Source: Gammaproteobacteria bacterium
Lineage (GTDB): Bacteria; Pseudomonadota; Gammaproteobacteria; Poriferisulfidales; GCA-002705445
Assembly (NCBI GenBank): GCA_045561235.1
Contig: JBJKYB010000001.1
Location: 10,566 to 74,565, forward strand
Direction of reading: 5' to 3'
Length of the DNA: 64,000 bases
Shown here: positions 18,990 through 28,744 of the stretch, one piece after another
How positions within the stretch are numbered: position 1 is the stretch's first letter
Layout: every line of letters begins with the position of its first letter
Notes under the pieces: model-generated
Database searches by the model: none
What the model was told of the DNA's origin: nothing
The model's input: the letters and a program-made list of their open reading frames with translations, nothing else
Position numbers and translations under genes: made by a program

Positions 18990-20348
18990 ATGAAAAATTA
19001 TAATTTTAACTTCTCAAATTCTGTATTTGTTTTGATAAGCATTTCAACTTTGTTTATTTTAATTTATAACATTTTTCATTACTCTCCAATTCTGGGTTAC
19101 GATGCTGAAGCACACTTCAATTATGTTGATTATTTATCCAGGTATCTTCCTAAAGAAATAAAATTACCTAGCCAAGATGAAACAAGAGAATTTTTCAATC
19201 CACCAATCGGTTATCTTTTTCCTTCATTTGCACAACTAATTTGCAGAAATATAATTGAATCCAATAACTTATTATCTGATTGTCAGCCTATCTATGGTAA
19301 AGCAACCCAAATATTTCAATCTATTTTATATGTAATAACTTTATGTATTAATCTTTTTACGTTAAAACTAGTTACAAAATCAAAAAATATTTTTAATGTT
19401 GAGTATTTAATTTTAATTTCTCTCCTCGCTGTAAATTACAGGACAATATCAATGATTCGTGGTGAAACATATATACTATTTTTTCTAAGTTTATTCTTAC
19501 TGGTTGTACTAAAAGCAGATAACCATAATTATGATTTAGGTTTGAAACAAATAATTTATACAGGTGTCATTATTGCCTGCATTGCATTAAGTAGACAATG
19601 GGGCTTTTTATTATTCATTCCATTAATTGTTTTATTAATTTATAAAAACACAAAACTAAATTATTTCAAATTTTGGTCAAAAAGTGCATCTATCGGTGCG
19701 TTATTATCAAGCTGGTTTTATGTTGGTCTATATCAGAATTATGGATCTTTTACTGCCTTCAATATGGAATCAAAAGGCTTTTCATTAAACAATCAAAATC
19801 TATCTTTTTATATACCTAATTTCTCTCAACTTGAGTTCTTATTTACAAAACCGATTAGACCTAATTTAAATAATCAATTTATTTCTATATTATATTCTGA
19901 TTTATGGGGTGATTACTGGGGATATTTTACTTTTACATCTAGGTTTTTAAATGATGGTCGAAATCAATTAAATATTGGAGACTATCTTGCAAGAGTAAAT
20001 CTTGTTTCAATTATCACTACTTTTATTGTCGTTATTTTTTGCTACCTAGCCTACAAAAAGTATAAATCTAATTTTATTATTCAGTATGTCAATTTAGCTT
20101 GGATTGCAAGCCTAATAGGCTATTTACTATTTACAATTTCATATCCTAATTCAACTGGAGATACAATTAAATCCACATACATAATTCAAGCATTTCACTT
20201 AATGGTATTTTTGGCATCTATCTACTTTTATGAATTGAAAAGAGTAAATAAAAAAATGCATACTGGGGTTATAATTTCGTTGATTATTATTTATATTCAT
20301 AATTTCCAATCATATTTATCACACTTTCCATACAATTTTTTACCTTAA
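18990..20348 (+). CDS. GT-C-like polytopic membrane glycosyltransferase
   Basis: GYDAEAH acidic motif after first TM, NPP, about 11 TM; homologous motifs to 53516-55183. Confidence 0.6.
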   Translation: MKNYNFNFSNSVFVLISISTLFILIYNIFHYSPILGYDAEAHFNYVDYLSRYLPKEIKLPSQDETREFFNPPIGYLFPSFAQLICRNIIESNNLLSDCQPIYGKATQIFQSILYVITLCINLFTLKLVTKSKNIFNVEYLILISLLAVNYRTISMIRGETYILFFLSLFLLVVLKADNHNYDLGLKQIIYTGVIIACIALSRQWGFLLFIPLIVLLIYKNTKLNYFKFWSKSASIGALLSSWFYVGLYQNYGSFTAFNMESKGFSLNNQNLSFYIPNFSQLEFLFTKPIRPNLNNQFISILYSDLWGDYWGYFTFTSRFLNDGRNQLNIGDYLARVNLVSIITTFIVVIFCYLAYKKYKSNFIIQYVNLAWIASLIGYLLFTISYPNSTGDTIKSTYIIQAFHLMVFLASIYFYELKRVNKKMHTGVIISLIIIYIHNFQSYLSHFPYNFLP

Positions 20349-20453
20349 TTTATTTTTATTTAAATAAATTATCCTTTTGAAATATATTTTTTGAGGATAT
20401 AGGTTATAATTTTCAAAGCGGCAAAACGGGGGAGCAGAAAGGCTTCCTTGAGC

Positions 20454-22115
20454 ATGTTTAAAATTCGACATCTCAATCTCAATTTAGAAAAAAATTTTAT
20501 TCCTGCTCTAATTTTTGTGTGCGGTTTATATTTTAGGTTTTTATGGTCACATCTCTCTCAATGGAAACATGAAGAAGCAGTAATATTGTGGATTTCTTTA
20601 ACAAAAAATATTCTCAATTCTCCATTTAGTAATGTATCGTCACCTGGGGTTCCTAATCCAAATTTATCGATTCTTTTTTCAAAAGTATTAATTTTATTTG
20701 ATTCTTTTGTTGCAGTTTCAATATTTTTAAGTTCTGTTCAGTGTATTATCTTATTCTTTTGTTTAAAAACAACCGATAAAAAATTTAATATTATTTTAGG
20801 CCTCTTTTTGTCTTTTAGTTCGTACCTTGTTTTTGTAACATCTTCAATTGCTTTACATATGGCAGTCTTAACTTTTAATGCATTATTTTTAAAATTATTT
20901 TTTGAATACTTTCTATATAAAAAATATTATCTAGGATCTTATTTTCCAATAGTAACTATTTTGCCAGTATCTCTTTATCTTGGTGGATTTTCAAACACTT
21001 TGATATATTTTTTAATTTTTGTTGGCATATTATTATTTAATTTTAAAAATTTCAAAATGAACTTTTCGAGTAAATACCATTTTGGTGCAGGACTCTTTCT
21101 ACTTACTTCTATTTTTTACATCACGTGGTATCAATATTTTACTAATATTGAATTTAATTCTTTAAAAATACAAAGTTCAGGAACTGAACTTTTTCCTTAT
21201 TCAAGAATTATGGATTATCTTTATTTAGGGGTTCAAAATACTAAAATCTTTCCATCTTTTTTCTTAAATATTTTTGCTGATCAAGCAAATATTTATTGGC
21301 CATTTCAATACAGTGATAAGTTTTCACCATCAACGGAAAATACTGTTGGTCTTTTACTAAAATATCATAAAATTTTTAATCTATTTTCTGTCTTAGCTAT
21401 TTTCTCTGGATTATTTGTAAGCGACTCAAAATTTAAAAAAAAGGTTAATACTGAATACTTACTGAAAGCTATTTTTACACTTTTTCTAATATATGTTTAT
21501 ACCGTATTAACACCGATTTTGGGGCAGGGAAGGTCTTTTTTTGATTTTGATATTGGTAGTTTAATGGTTTATTCATCAATGTATATTCTTTACATATATC
21601 TATGGTCTACTTCTTTTTTTATTTTCAGATATAATAAATTATTTTCTAGGAGCATTGTATTATTTATATCCTCTTTTTTTCTTTTAAATCTAATTACTTC
21701 CAAAAGCCTTCAGAATGAATTTAACAATTCTATAAGTTATGGCCATTCTGTCGCTGATGAATCAATAATTCATAAAGAAGAAATAGTCGATTTTTTAGCT
21801 GGATATGTTAATGATGAAATATCAATTTATTACGGTCTAATGGAATTTGAGTACGAATGGTCAAATTATTTTAATCAAATAAACTATTCCGGTTCTTATT
21901 ACAAATTTATATACAGCAATGGAAGAGAGTTTGATTATTTATTAAAGAGAAAATATGGGATTGATAATTTACAAGAAGGTTTTTTAAATAGAAATCCAGA
22001 CAATACTCAATTTTTTCTTAGCTACTCCTTTGACGATCTACCTACGGATGTTTACAAGAACTTCAATCACTATCAGTTTGGCAATTATATTGTGACTGTT
22101 AACTTAGATTTTTAA
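20454..22115 (+). CDS. GT-C-like polytopic membrane protein (paralog of 22880-24532)
   Basis: WKHEE after first TM, SSPGVPNPNL, C-terminal GREFDYLLKRKY. Confidence 0.6.
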   Translation: MFKIRHLNLNLEKNFIPALIFVCGLYFRFLWSHLSQWKHEEAVILWISLTKNILNSPFSNVSSPGVPNPNLSILFSKVLILFDSFVAVSIFLSSVQCIILFFCLKTTDKKFNIILGLFLSFSSYLVFVTSSIALHMAVLTFNALFLKLFFEYFLYKKYYLGSYFPIVTILPVSLYLGGFSNTLIYFLIFVGILLFNFKNFKMNFSSKYHFGAGLFLLTSIFYITWYQYFTNIEFNSLKIQSSGTELFPYSRIMDYLYLGVQNTKIFPSFFLNIFADQANIYWPFQYSDKFSPSTENTVGLLLKYHKIFNLFSVLAIFSGLFVSDSKFKKKVNTEYLLKAIFTLFLIYVYTVLTPILGQGRSFFDFDIGSLMVYSSMYILYIYLWSTSFFIFRYNKLFSRSIVLFISSFFLLNLITSKSLQNEFNNSISYGHSVADESIIHKEEIVDFLAGYVNDEISIYYGLMEFEYEWSNYFNQINYSGSYYKFIYSNGREFDYLLKRKYGIDNLQEGFLNRNPDNTQFFLSYSFDDLPTDVYKNFNHYQFGNYIVTVNLDF

Positions 22116-22121
22116 CATTTA

Positions 22122-22817
22122 ATGAAAAATATAAATTACTCAGTAATAATGCCTTTTTTTAATGAAGAAAAAACACTAGAAACTGCAGTTTTAAATTTAT
22201 TAAAAGAAGACTTTGCCAGCGAGATTATTTTGGTTAATGATGGATCATACGATAACTCATATGAAATTGCTTTAAAACTAATTAATAAATATAAAAATAT
22301 TAAATTAGTTAACTCAAAAACAAATAAAGGAAAAGGACATGCTCTCAAAGTTGGAATTAACGAATCAACTAAAAAATACATTGGGATACTTGATGCTGAT
22401 TTGGAGTACTCACCAAATGATTTAAAAAGATTATTTTTTGAAATTAATTCAAGTGAAGGTGATGTAACATGCGGTTCAAGATTTATAGGTGATTTTAAAA
22501 GGGAAAATATATATTTAAGAACCTATTTTGCTAATAAGTTTTTAAGTAAGCTTTTTTCAACGATACATAAACAAAAAGTTACAGATATTGCAACCTGTCT
22601 TAAAGTTTTTAGAAAAGATATTCTTCAATCTATTGAGCTAAAAGAAAAAGGTTTTACTATAGAGGTAGAACTTTTGGCAAAAACCCTTGCTAAGTCAAAT
22701 AAATATACTGAAATTCCCATAAGCTATTCTGCTAGGAGTTATAAAGATGGAAAAAAAATAAAATTCATTGATGGTTTTAGATATATCGCCTCTATCTTCA
22801 AATTGGCTAGTCAATAA
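22122..22817 (+). CDS. GT2 polyprenyl-phosphate glycosyltransferase (DPM1/GtrB-like)
   Basis: SVIMPFFNEE, NDGS, NKGKG, DADLEY, GSRF, EIPISYSAR...GKKIKFIDG. Confidence 0.9.
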   Translation: MKNINYSVIMPFFNEEKTLETAVLNLLKEDFASEIILVNDGSYDNSYEIALKLINKYKNIKLVNSKTNKGKGHALKVGINESTKKYIGILDADLEYSPNDLKRLFFEINSSEGDVTCGSRFIGDFKRENIYLRTYFANKFLSKLFSTIHKQKVTDIATCLKVFRKDILQSIELKEKGFTIEVELLAKTLAKSNKYTEIPISYSARSYKDGKKIKFIDGFRYIASIFKLASQ

Positions 22818-22879
22818 AATAAAAATGAAGATTAATACTTACAAATATTTAATTACAAAATCTATAGTTTAAAAAAATC

Positions 22880-24532
22880 ATGAAAAATTTTAAAATACAA
22901 AAAGAAAAAGCACTTTTCTCTCTTGCTACAGTTTTATTAATTATTTATAAAATTTTTTGGGGTGCAATAGCTGCATCTTGGAGAGAAGATGAGTCAACTG
23001 TAATTTGGATTGCTGACAATATAACGGCTATAAATACTCATGTAGGTCTTATAAGTTCAGTAGGGCTACCAAATCCAAATTTATTAATCTTATTTTCAAA
23101 AATATTTACAATTTTTGACTCCCTAATTTCCGTCTCTTTATTTATTGCTTTTTTAAATATTATCCTTATTTATCTGGCACTAAAAAACAAAGAAAATGAT
23201 TATAAAAATATTCTTTTATTTTTACTAATTGGATTTTCAACCTACTTAAGCCAGCATACAATTGAGCCATGGGGACAATCTTTATTAACAACTATTAACT
23301 CTTTATTTTTATATTTTTTATTTAAATTTGCTGTTAATAAACAATATTATTTATTTCCTTTATTTCCTGTTATTGCAATCTTGCCATCTGGGATTTATCT
23401 TGCAGGTTTAACAAACTCTGTATTGTATACAATATTTTTTACAATTTTTACTTTGTTATATATAAAAAATATAAAATATTTTTTTACCAATAAATATATA
23501 AATTTGATTTCAATAACTTTATTATTTTTAATCTCTAGATTAACTTGGATTCCCTATTTCAATAAAGTCACTCTAAATGAAATTTCAAAAGTTGGAAACA
23601 GCTCACATGATATTTTATTGATATTTATTGAGAGATATAAGAATACCGTTAGATCATTATTCGGATTTTGGGTTGATGATAGGTCATATTATTTTCCAAC
23701 TATGAATACCAATATAATTTCTAATTCAACTAATGATCTTTATCAATTATTTCTAAAATTTCATTGGTTTCTTCAGAGATATGCGCTGATAAATATTTTG
23801 TTAATTTTTATCCTATTAATATTTTTTCAAAAAATGCTTGATATGCATTATATTAAAAAAGTTTTTATTCTAATTTTTTATTTGTTCTTGTTTACATCTA
23901 TAAGTCCTGCTGTTGGTGGAAGAGAGTTTCTAAAATATCAAAGAATGGATAATTATATAGAAACATATTTTATTTATTTATATTTATGGTTTTTCTTGGG
24001 ATATTGTTATAAAAATTTTAAACTATCAAAATTGTTTCATTTTTTAAATAGTTTTTTAATTGTAGTTTTTGTTGTATTCAACGTATATTTTTCTTACAAT
24101 ATTTTAATTGACAACTATCAAAATAAAGCAAGTGTTTTGTCGGAATCTGATGTACCCATGTTGCATAAACAGCAAATTACAGAATTTATTGCTGATGATT
24201 GGAGTAAAACAGGAGACAGCAAAAAAATTCCAATTTTTTATGATTTGGGAGGCGGTATCTACGACTGGGTAAACGAATTTGGTACAAAGTATTCACCATA
24301 TTATCCATCAAATCCATACACAATTGGACGAGGATTCGATTACATATTTAAGAAAAAATATGACTTAAGTAATTCGCAAGAAGGAAAACAATTTAGGAAT
24401 ATAGACGAAGCAAAGTATATTATTTCTTATATATTCACCGAGGAAAATAAAGAGATTTATGATGAATATGAAAATATTTATTTTGGTAAGTTAAGGTTGT
24501 CAATAAATAACAATTTTGATTTGAACAACTGA
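22880..24532 (+). CDS. GT-C-like polytopic membrane protein (paralog of 20454-22115)
   Basis: WREDE after first TM, SSVGLPNPNL, C-terminal GRGFDYIFKKKY. Confidence 0.6.
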   Translation: MKNFKIQKEKALFSLATVLLIIYKIFWGAIAASWREDESTVIWIADNITAINTHVGLISSVGLPNPNLLILFSKIFTIFDSLISVSLFIAFLNIILIYLALKNKENDYKNILLFLLIGFSTYLSQHTIEPWGQSLLTTINSLFLYFLFKFAVNKQYYLFPLFPVIAILPSGIYLAGLTNSVLYTIFFTIFTLLYIKNIKYFFTNKYINLISITLLFLISRLTWIPYFNKVTLNEISKVGNSSHDILLIFIERYKNTVRSLFGFWVDDRSYYFPTMNTNIISNSTNDLYQLFLKFHWFLQRYALINILLIFILLIFFQKMLDMHYIKKVFILIFYLFLFTSISPAVGGREFLKYQRMDNYIETYFIYLYLWFFLGYCYKNFKLSKLFHFLNSFLIVVFVVFNVYFSYNILIDNYQNKASVLSESDVPMLHKQQITEFIADDWSKTGDSKKIPIFYDLGGGIYDWVNEFGTKYSPYYPSNPYTIGRGFDYIFKKKYDLSNSQEGKQFRNIDEAKYIISYIFTEENKEIYDEYENIYFGKLRLSINNNFDLNN

Positions 24533-24600
24533 TGGCAAAAATTTAAATTTATCATAGATTTAGATACATAATCTCAATCATAAATTTATAATTAAATAGT

Positions 24601-24679
24601 AAAGAATGTGTTTATAATCAACTTAGGTCAAATGGTTAGCCCACATCTACTAAAACAAGGGATCGGCAGTTCGATTCTG
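24601..24679 (+). repeat. Degenerate att/tRNA-Phe 3' copy with upstream conserved module
   Basis: 24652-24679 matches tRNA-Phe 15792-15819 at 27/28; upstream 24601-24650 resembles 17012-17060. Confidence 0.88.
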
Positions 24680-24692
24680 TTAATGACTTCAA

Positions 24693-26012
24693 ATGTGTGG
24701 AATTTACTTTTCAAATAATGGCGAAACTGCCAAATTAGATAAAAAGTTTTTAACTCGTGGCCCTGATTATTACAACGAAAAATATTTTAATAATTTATGC
24801 ATGAGTCATTCTCTTTTAAGCCTGACAGGTGAATTCACTACCCAGCCTGTTTCAAAAAAAGATATAAATCTTATATTTAATGGTCAAATTTATAATTATG
24901 ATTCAACGAAGTACTTATCAGACTCATATTTTATTCTTGATGAATATATTAAGAATCCAAAGTCTTTTTGGAAGAATCTTGATGGAGAATATGCAATTGT
25001 TATATACGATAGCAAAAATAGTAAGGTAATCTTTCTTACTGATATTTTCGGAACGAAGCCTTTATATTATTCAGTCGAAAAAGAAATAATAACTATTTCT
25101 TCTTTAAAATCTACTCTAGAAGAAAATGGCCACAAAAATATAATAAAGTGTAAACCAAATACAAGTTATTCATTTGACTTAATTAATTCAAATTTACAAA
25201 TAGAGGAAGAGTATTTTAAGTTTAACTTAGATCAACATGTTGATAGTTATGATGGTTGGAATGAAAAGTTTATAGAAAGTATAAAAAAAAGATTTATGAA
25301 TACAAATCATGGAATAATACTCCCACTCAGTAGCGGTCATGACAGTGGGGCAATTTCTTTAGCTTTTGATTTATTAGGTATCGAATATTATACATATTCA
25401 TTTTTTAGGCATGAGCACAGAAAAATACTATCAAAAAGAATTATGCGAAGGCTTATAAATTCGCCATTTAGGACTAGATTTAAAAAAGATTTACAGAATC
25501 ATAAAGTCAGAAATCGTATAAAGAAACACATAAATCAAAATAGTGATAAATTTTACTACGGCCCTAATATTGAAAACCTAACCATAAATGGACACGAGGA
25601 TCCTGGAGCAATTGGATTGTCGTATATTTTAGAAAGGATGAAAAATATAGATTCCAAAATTAAAATTGTTGCGTCAGGCCAAGGTGCTGATGAAATTTTT
25701 TCTAATATTCAAAACTATAAATTTGAAAAGCCAAACCCCAAGTTCTTTACTGAGAATTTAAAAGACATATTTCCTTGGCAAAATTTTTACTACGGTACTC
25801 AAATTAGCTATTTAGGTAAAGAGGAATCTATTGGAGGTAGTTTTGGTCTTGAAACAAGATATCCATTTCTTGATAAGAATTTAGTACAGGAGTATTTAAA
25901 CCTTAAACCAGAGTTAAAAAATAAATATTATAAAGCCCCCATAACCAACTTTTTAATGCAACACAATTATCCATTTCGTAAAGATATCAGCAAAACAGGA
26001 TTCAACCCTTAA
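24693..26012 (+). CDS. Asparagine synthetase B-family glutamine amidotransferase (probable glycan amidation)
   Basis: N-terminal MCGI, RGPD, FNGQIYN, LSSGHDS, SGQGADEIF, ETRYPFLD. Confidence 0.88.
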   Translation: MCGIYFSNNGETAKLDKKFLTRGPDYYNEKYFNNLCMSHSLLSLTGEFTTQPVSKKDINLIFNGQIYNYDSTKYLSDSYFILDEYIKNPKSFWKNLDGEYAIVIYDSKNSKVIFLTDIFGTKPLYYSVEKEIITISSLKSTLEENGHKNIIKCKPNTSYSFDLINSNLQIEEEYFKFNLDQHVDSYDGWNEKFIESIKKRFMNTNHGIILPLSSGHDSGAISLAFDLLGIEYYTYSFFRHEHRKILSKRIMRRLINSPFRTRFKKDLQNHKVRNRIKKHINQNSDKFYYGPNIENLTINGHEDPGAIGLSYILERMKNIDSKIKIVASGQGADEIFSNIQNYKFEKPNPKFFTENLKDIFPWQNFYYGTQISYLGKEESIGGSFGLETRYPFLDKNLVQEYLNLKPELKNKYYKAPITNFLMQHNYPFRKDISKTGFNP

Positions 26013-26042
26013 TTCAAGCCAACTGTGCATCAAAAACTTTGT

Positions 26043-26120
26043 AACGAATCATATATAATTAGTTAAGTTTAAATAATTAACCTATTTTTGGAAAACAAGA
26101 AATCGGCAATTAGATTATGC
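26043..26120 (+). repeat. More degenerate att/tRNA-Phe 3' copy with upstream module
   Basis: 26092-26120 AAAACAAGAAATCGGCAATTAGATTATGC matches tRNA-Phe 15792-15820 at 23/29; TATAAT 38 bp upstream as in the exact copy. Confidence 0.75.
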
Positions 26121-26133
26121 TTATATCAACAAA

Positions 26134-26874
26134 ATGATTAAATACTTTAATCCATTAAATTATTTAAAATATATTCTCAGATTTATAAAATCCTATCTAG
26201 AAAATAGAAATAAAAAACTGATAAACAATAGTGACTTTTTAGAAAAAAAATTAGAAAAAATAAATAATATACATGATTTGTTAGATTTTCATTTTAAAAC
26301 ATACGCAAATCCAAAACATGTTAATAGAGATATGTTCAAAGTTTTATTAGAAAATTCATTCGGCTCAAGCATGAATATTTTGGAAACAGGAAGTGCTGCT
26401 CATGGAACAAAAAGCTCAATACTTTTTGCTAGCTATGTAAAAATCTTTGGTGGACGATTTGAAACTGTTGACATAAATCCAAAAATTAAATTATATTTTA
26501 GTTTTCTTGAATCAAGTAATATTAAATTTCATTCTGAAGATTCCCTAAAGTTTATAAATGATTTAGAAGATAAATATATAAATTCGTTAGATCTTGTATA
26601 TTTAGATAGTTTTGATTTAGATCTTAATAATCCTAGTCCATCTCAAAATCATGGGTTGAATGAGTTTTTGTCATTAAATAAAAATTTGAAAAAAGGAGCA
26701 TTGATAGCAATAGATGACACTCCAATCAGGTATGAACTATTTGGTAATTCAAAAAAAAACAAATTTGATTTTATTCCTGGTAAAGGTCGATTAGTTCTAG
26801 ATTTTCTTGATAAAAATCCAGATCTTTATGAAATTTTGTATCATAACTATTCTGTAGTTCTTAAAAAACTTTAA
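26134..26874 (+). CDS. Putative class I SAM-dependent methyltransferase
   Basis: ILETGS, VDIN, DLVYLDSFD, IAIDDT, GKG. Confidence 0.7.
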   Translation: MIKYFNPLNYLKYILRFIKSYLENRNKKLINNSDFLEKKLEKINNIHDLLDFHFKTYANPKHVNRDMFKVLLENSFGSSMNILETGSAAHGTKSSILFASYVKIFGGRFETVDINPKIKLYFSFLESSNIKFHSEDSLKFINDLEDKYINSLDLVYLDSFDLDLNNPSPSQNHGLNEFLSLNKNLKKGALIAIDDTPIRYELFGNSKKNKFDFIPGKGRLVLDFLDKNPDLYEILYHNYSVVLKKL

Positions 26875-27050
26875 TGTGTATAGAAATTATTTTTTTAATT
26901 AGTAAGAAACATAATATATTATGAATAGCTTAATCTCATGAGCTTTAAAATATTAAATCATATATCTTTTCAAAACATCAAAAAAGGAAAGAAGTTAATT
27001 ACTAAAAATCCTTAAATCTAAAAAAATATTAATTTATCTGTTAACTTTCA

Positions 27051-27074
27051 AGTTATAATCGACTTAGTCAAATT
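27051..27074 (+). repeat. Remnant of the att-associated module (tRNA part lost)
   Basis: AGTTATAATCGACTTAGTCAAATT resembles GTTTATAATCAACTTAGGTCAAATG at 24610-24634. Confidence 0.55.
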
Positions 27075-27094
27075 AATTCTATGGTATTAAATTT

Positions 27095-27850
27095 ATGTTT
27101 GAATTAAAAAAAGTTACAAAAGCAAGAAGAAGATTGCAATTAATAACTAATTTTCTATTTAAATTATTTCAAATAAATTTAAGATATAAAGAAACAAGGA
27201 AAGAATATGGTATTGAGATATTTGAATACTTTTACTTACCTTGGAGAACAAATGAGGTATTTAATTCCGCTTATTCTATGATTTCAGATTACACTTTAAA
27301 TCCAAAATCCAGACTTTATACACTATACGAGTTTTCACAGCGGTACCTACTTGAAAATACCTCATTTATTGAAGTAGGGTGTTGGAATGGTGGAGCATCA
27401 GGATTAGTAGCTTTAACTAATCATAATAAAAACTCTGACTTTATACTTTGTGATACATTTTCTGGAGTAGCAAAAGCTTCAGATAAAGACACCTTCTTTC
27501 AAGGCAATGAATATGCGGATGCAAGTTTAGAAAAAATAAGAGAAATAGAAAATATGCTTAATAAAGAATTAAAGGTTGTAAAAGGAGTTTTTCCTAATTC
27601 AATGGACAAAATTAAAATTGAAAAACCAATCTCATTTGCCCACATTGATGTTGATACTTATGAATCTGCAAAAGAAAGTTTTGAGTACATTTCTATGCAC
27701 GCAATTAAAAATGCAGTGATAATTTTGGATGATTTTGGTGGTTGGTTTACAGATGGTGTGACAAAATTTGGAAATGAACTTAAAAACGATGTTAATTATT
27801 TTGTAGTTCCAAACCACCTTGGCCAAATTGTTATATATAAGATTAATTGA
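27095..27850 (+). CDS. TylF/MycF-family O-methyltransferase
   Basis: IEVGCWNGG, CDTFSG, KGVFP, FAHIDVDTYES, LDDFG. Confidence 0.85.
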   Translation: MFELKKVTKARRRLQLITNFLFKLFQINLRYKETRKEYGIEIFEYFYLPWRTNEVFNSAYSMISDYTLNPKSRLYTLYEFSQRYLLENTSFIEVGCWNGGASGLVALTNHNKNSDFILCDTFSGVAKASDKDTFFQGNEYADASLEKIREIENMLNKELKVVKGVFPNSMDKIKIEKPISFAHIDVDTYESAKESFEYISMHAIKNAVIILDDFGGWFTDGVTKFGNELKNDVNYFVVPNHLGQIVIYKIN

Positions 27851-27857
27851 CTTCATA

Positions 27858-28742
27858 ATGCTAAAAATTATATTTAATATATTTAAAAAAATTTACAAGT
27901 TTATTGGTTTTAACAAATTTGCTTTGCTTAATTACTATTCAGTTTTTTATTTTTTAAATTACAAAAAAAATAAAAACGAATTAAAAATAAAAAGAATCAA
28001 CTTCAATAAATTAGATAGACAAAAAATTGATTATTTTAAAAATAAATACTCAAATGAAAGCTGTGTAATTGTTGGGAATGGACCCTCGTTGAATAAAACT
28101 GATATGTCTAAATTACACAACATAAAAACTTTTGGAGTAAACAGCATTTTTTTAATGTCAGAAAAAAATTCTTTTAAGCCGAGTTTTTATATGGTTGAGG
28201 ATAGGTTAGTTATGAAACAAAATTTAAAAGAAATAAATGAATACGATATTGAATACAAATTTTTTCCTCATTTTTATAAAAAAGAAGGATTATACAAAAA
28301 CTCTCTTTTTTTTAATATGGACTCACGTTTTTATCGTGATGAATATAATATCTTAAAAAATACAAATATTAAATTTTCTGATAATTTTGCAAAAGTTGCT
28401 TACGCAGGTCAAACGGTAACATACTTAAATATGCAGTTAGCTTATTTTATGGGATTTAAAAATATTTATTTAATAGGAGTTGACTTTGATTATGTTTTGC
28501 CAAAAGATGTTATAAAAAAAGGGAAAGTATGGGAATCCCATGGTGATGATCCGAATCATTTTGACCCTAGATATTTTGGGAAAGGCATAGAGTCAAATGA
28601 TCCCCAATTACACAAAACAATAATTGCTTACAGAAAAGCTAGAGAGTTTCTTGAAAAAAATAATGTAAAAATAGTTAATTTAACAAAAGGTGGAAAACTA
28701 GAAGTTTTTGAACGCGGAATCTATGATGAAGTTTTTAACTAA
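27858..28742 (+). CDS. DUF115/Maf-like, sialyltransferase-like protein
   Basis: IVGNGPSLN, FGVN, QLAYFMGFKNIYLIGVDFDY, NHFDPRYFG; start moved to ATG 27858. Confidence 0.75.
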   Translation: MLKIIFNIFKKIYKFIGFNKFALLNYYSVFYFLNYKKNKNELKIKRINFNKLDRQKIDYFKNKYSNESCVIVGNGPSLNKTDMSKLHNIKTFGVNSIFLMSEKNSFKPSFYMVEDRLVMKQNLKEINEYDIEYKFFPHFYKKEGLYKNSLFFNMDSRFYRDEYNILKNTNIKFSDNFAKVAYAGQTVTYLNMQLAYFMGFKNIYLIGVDFDYVLPKDVIKKGKVWESHGDDPNHFDPRYFGKGIESNDPQLHKTIIAYRKAREFLEKNNVKIVNLTKGGKLEVFERGIYDEVFN

Positions 28743-28744
28743 AT

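Noticed and set aside
18985-18993. Two-codon upstream ORF ATG-AAA-TGA overlapping the 18990 start
   Set aside because: Single instance and easily produced by chance in AT-rich DNA
24526-24600. Similarity to the cassette left end (AACTGATGGCA...AGATTTAGA...TTTATAATT vs 15867-15922)
   Set aside because: Needs several gaps in very AT-rich sequence; cannot be distinguished from chance by eye
15787-26120. Recurrent repeat as a CRISPR array
   Set aside because: Spacing is kilobases with whole genes between copies, the repeat is a tRNA 3' half, and no cas genes are present
15832-27094. Prophage or autonomous integrative element
   Set aside because: No integrase, replication, capsid or conjugation genes recognisable in the window
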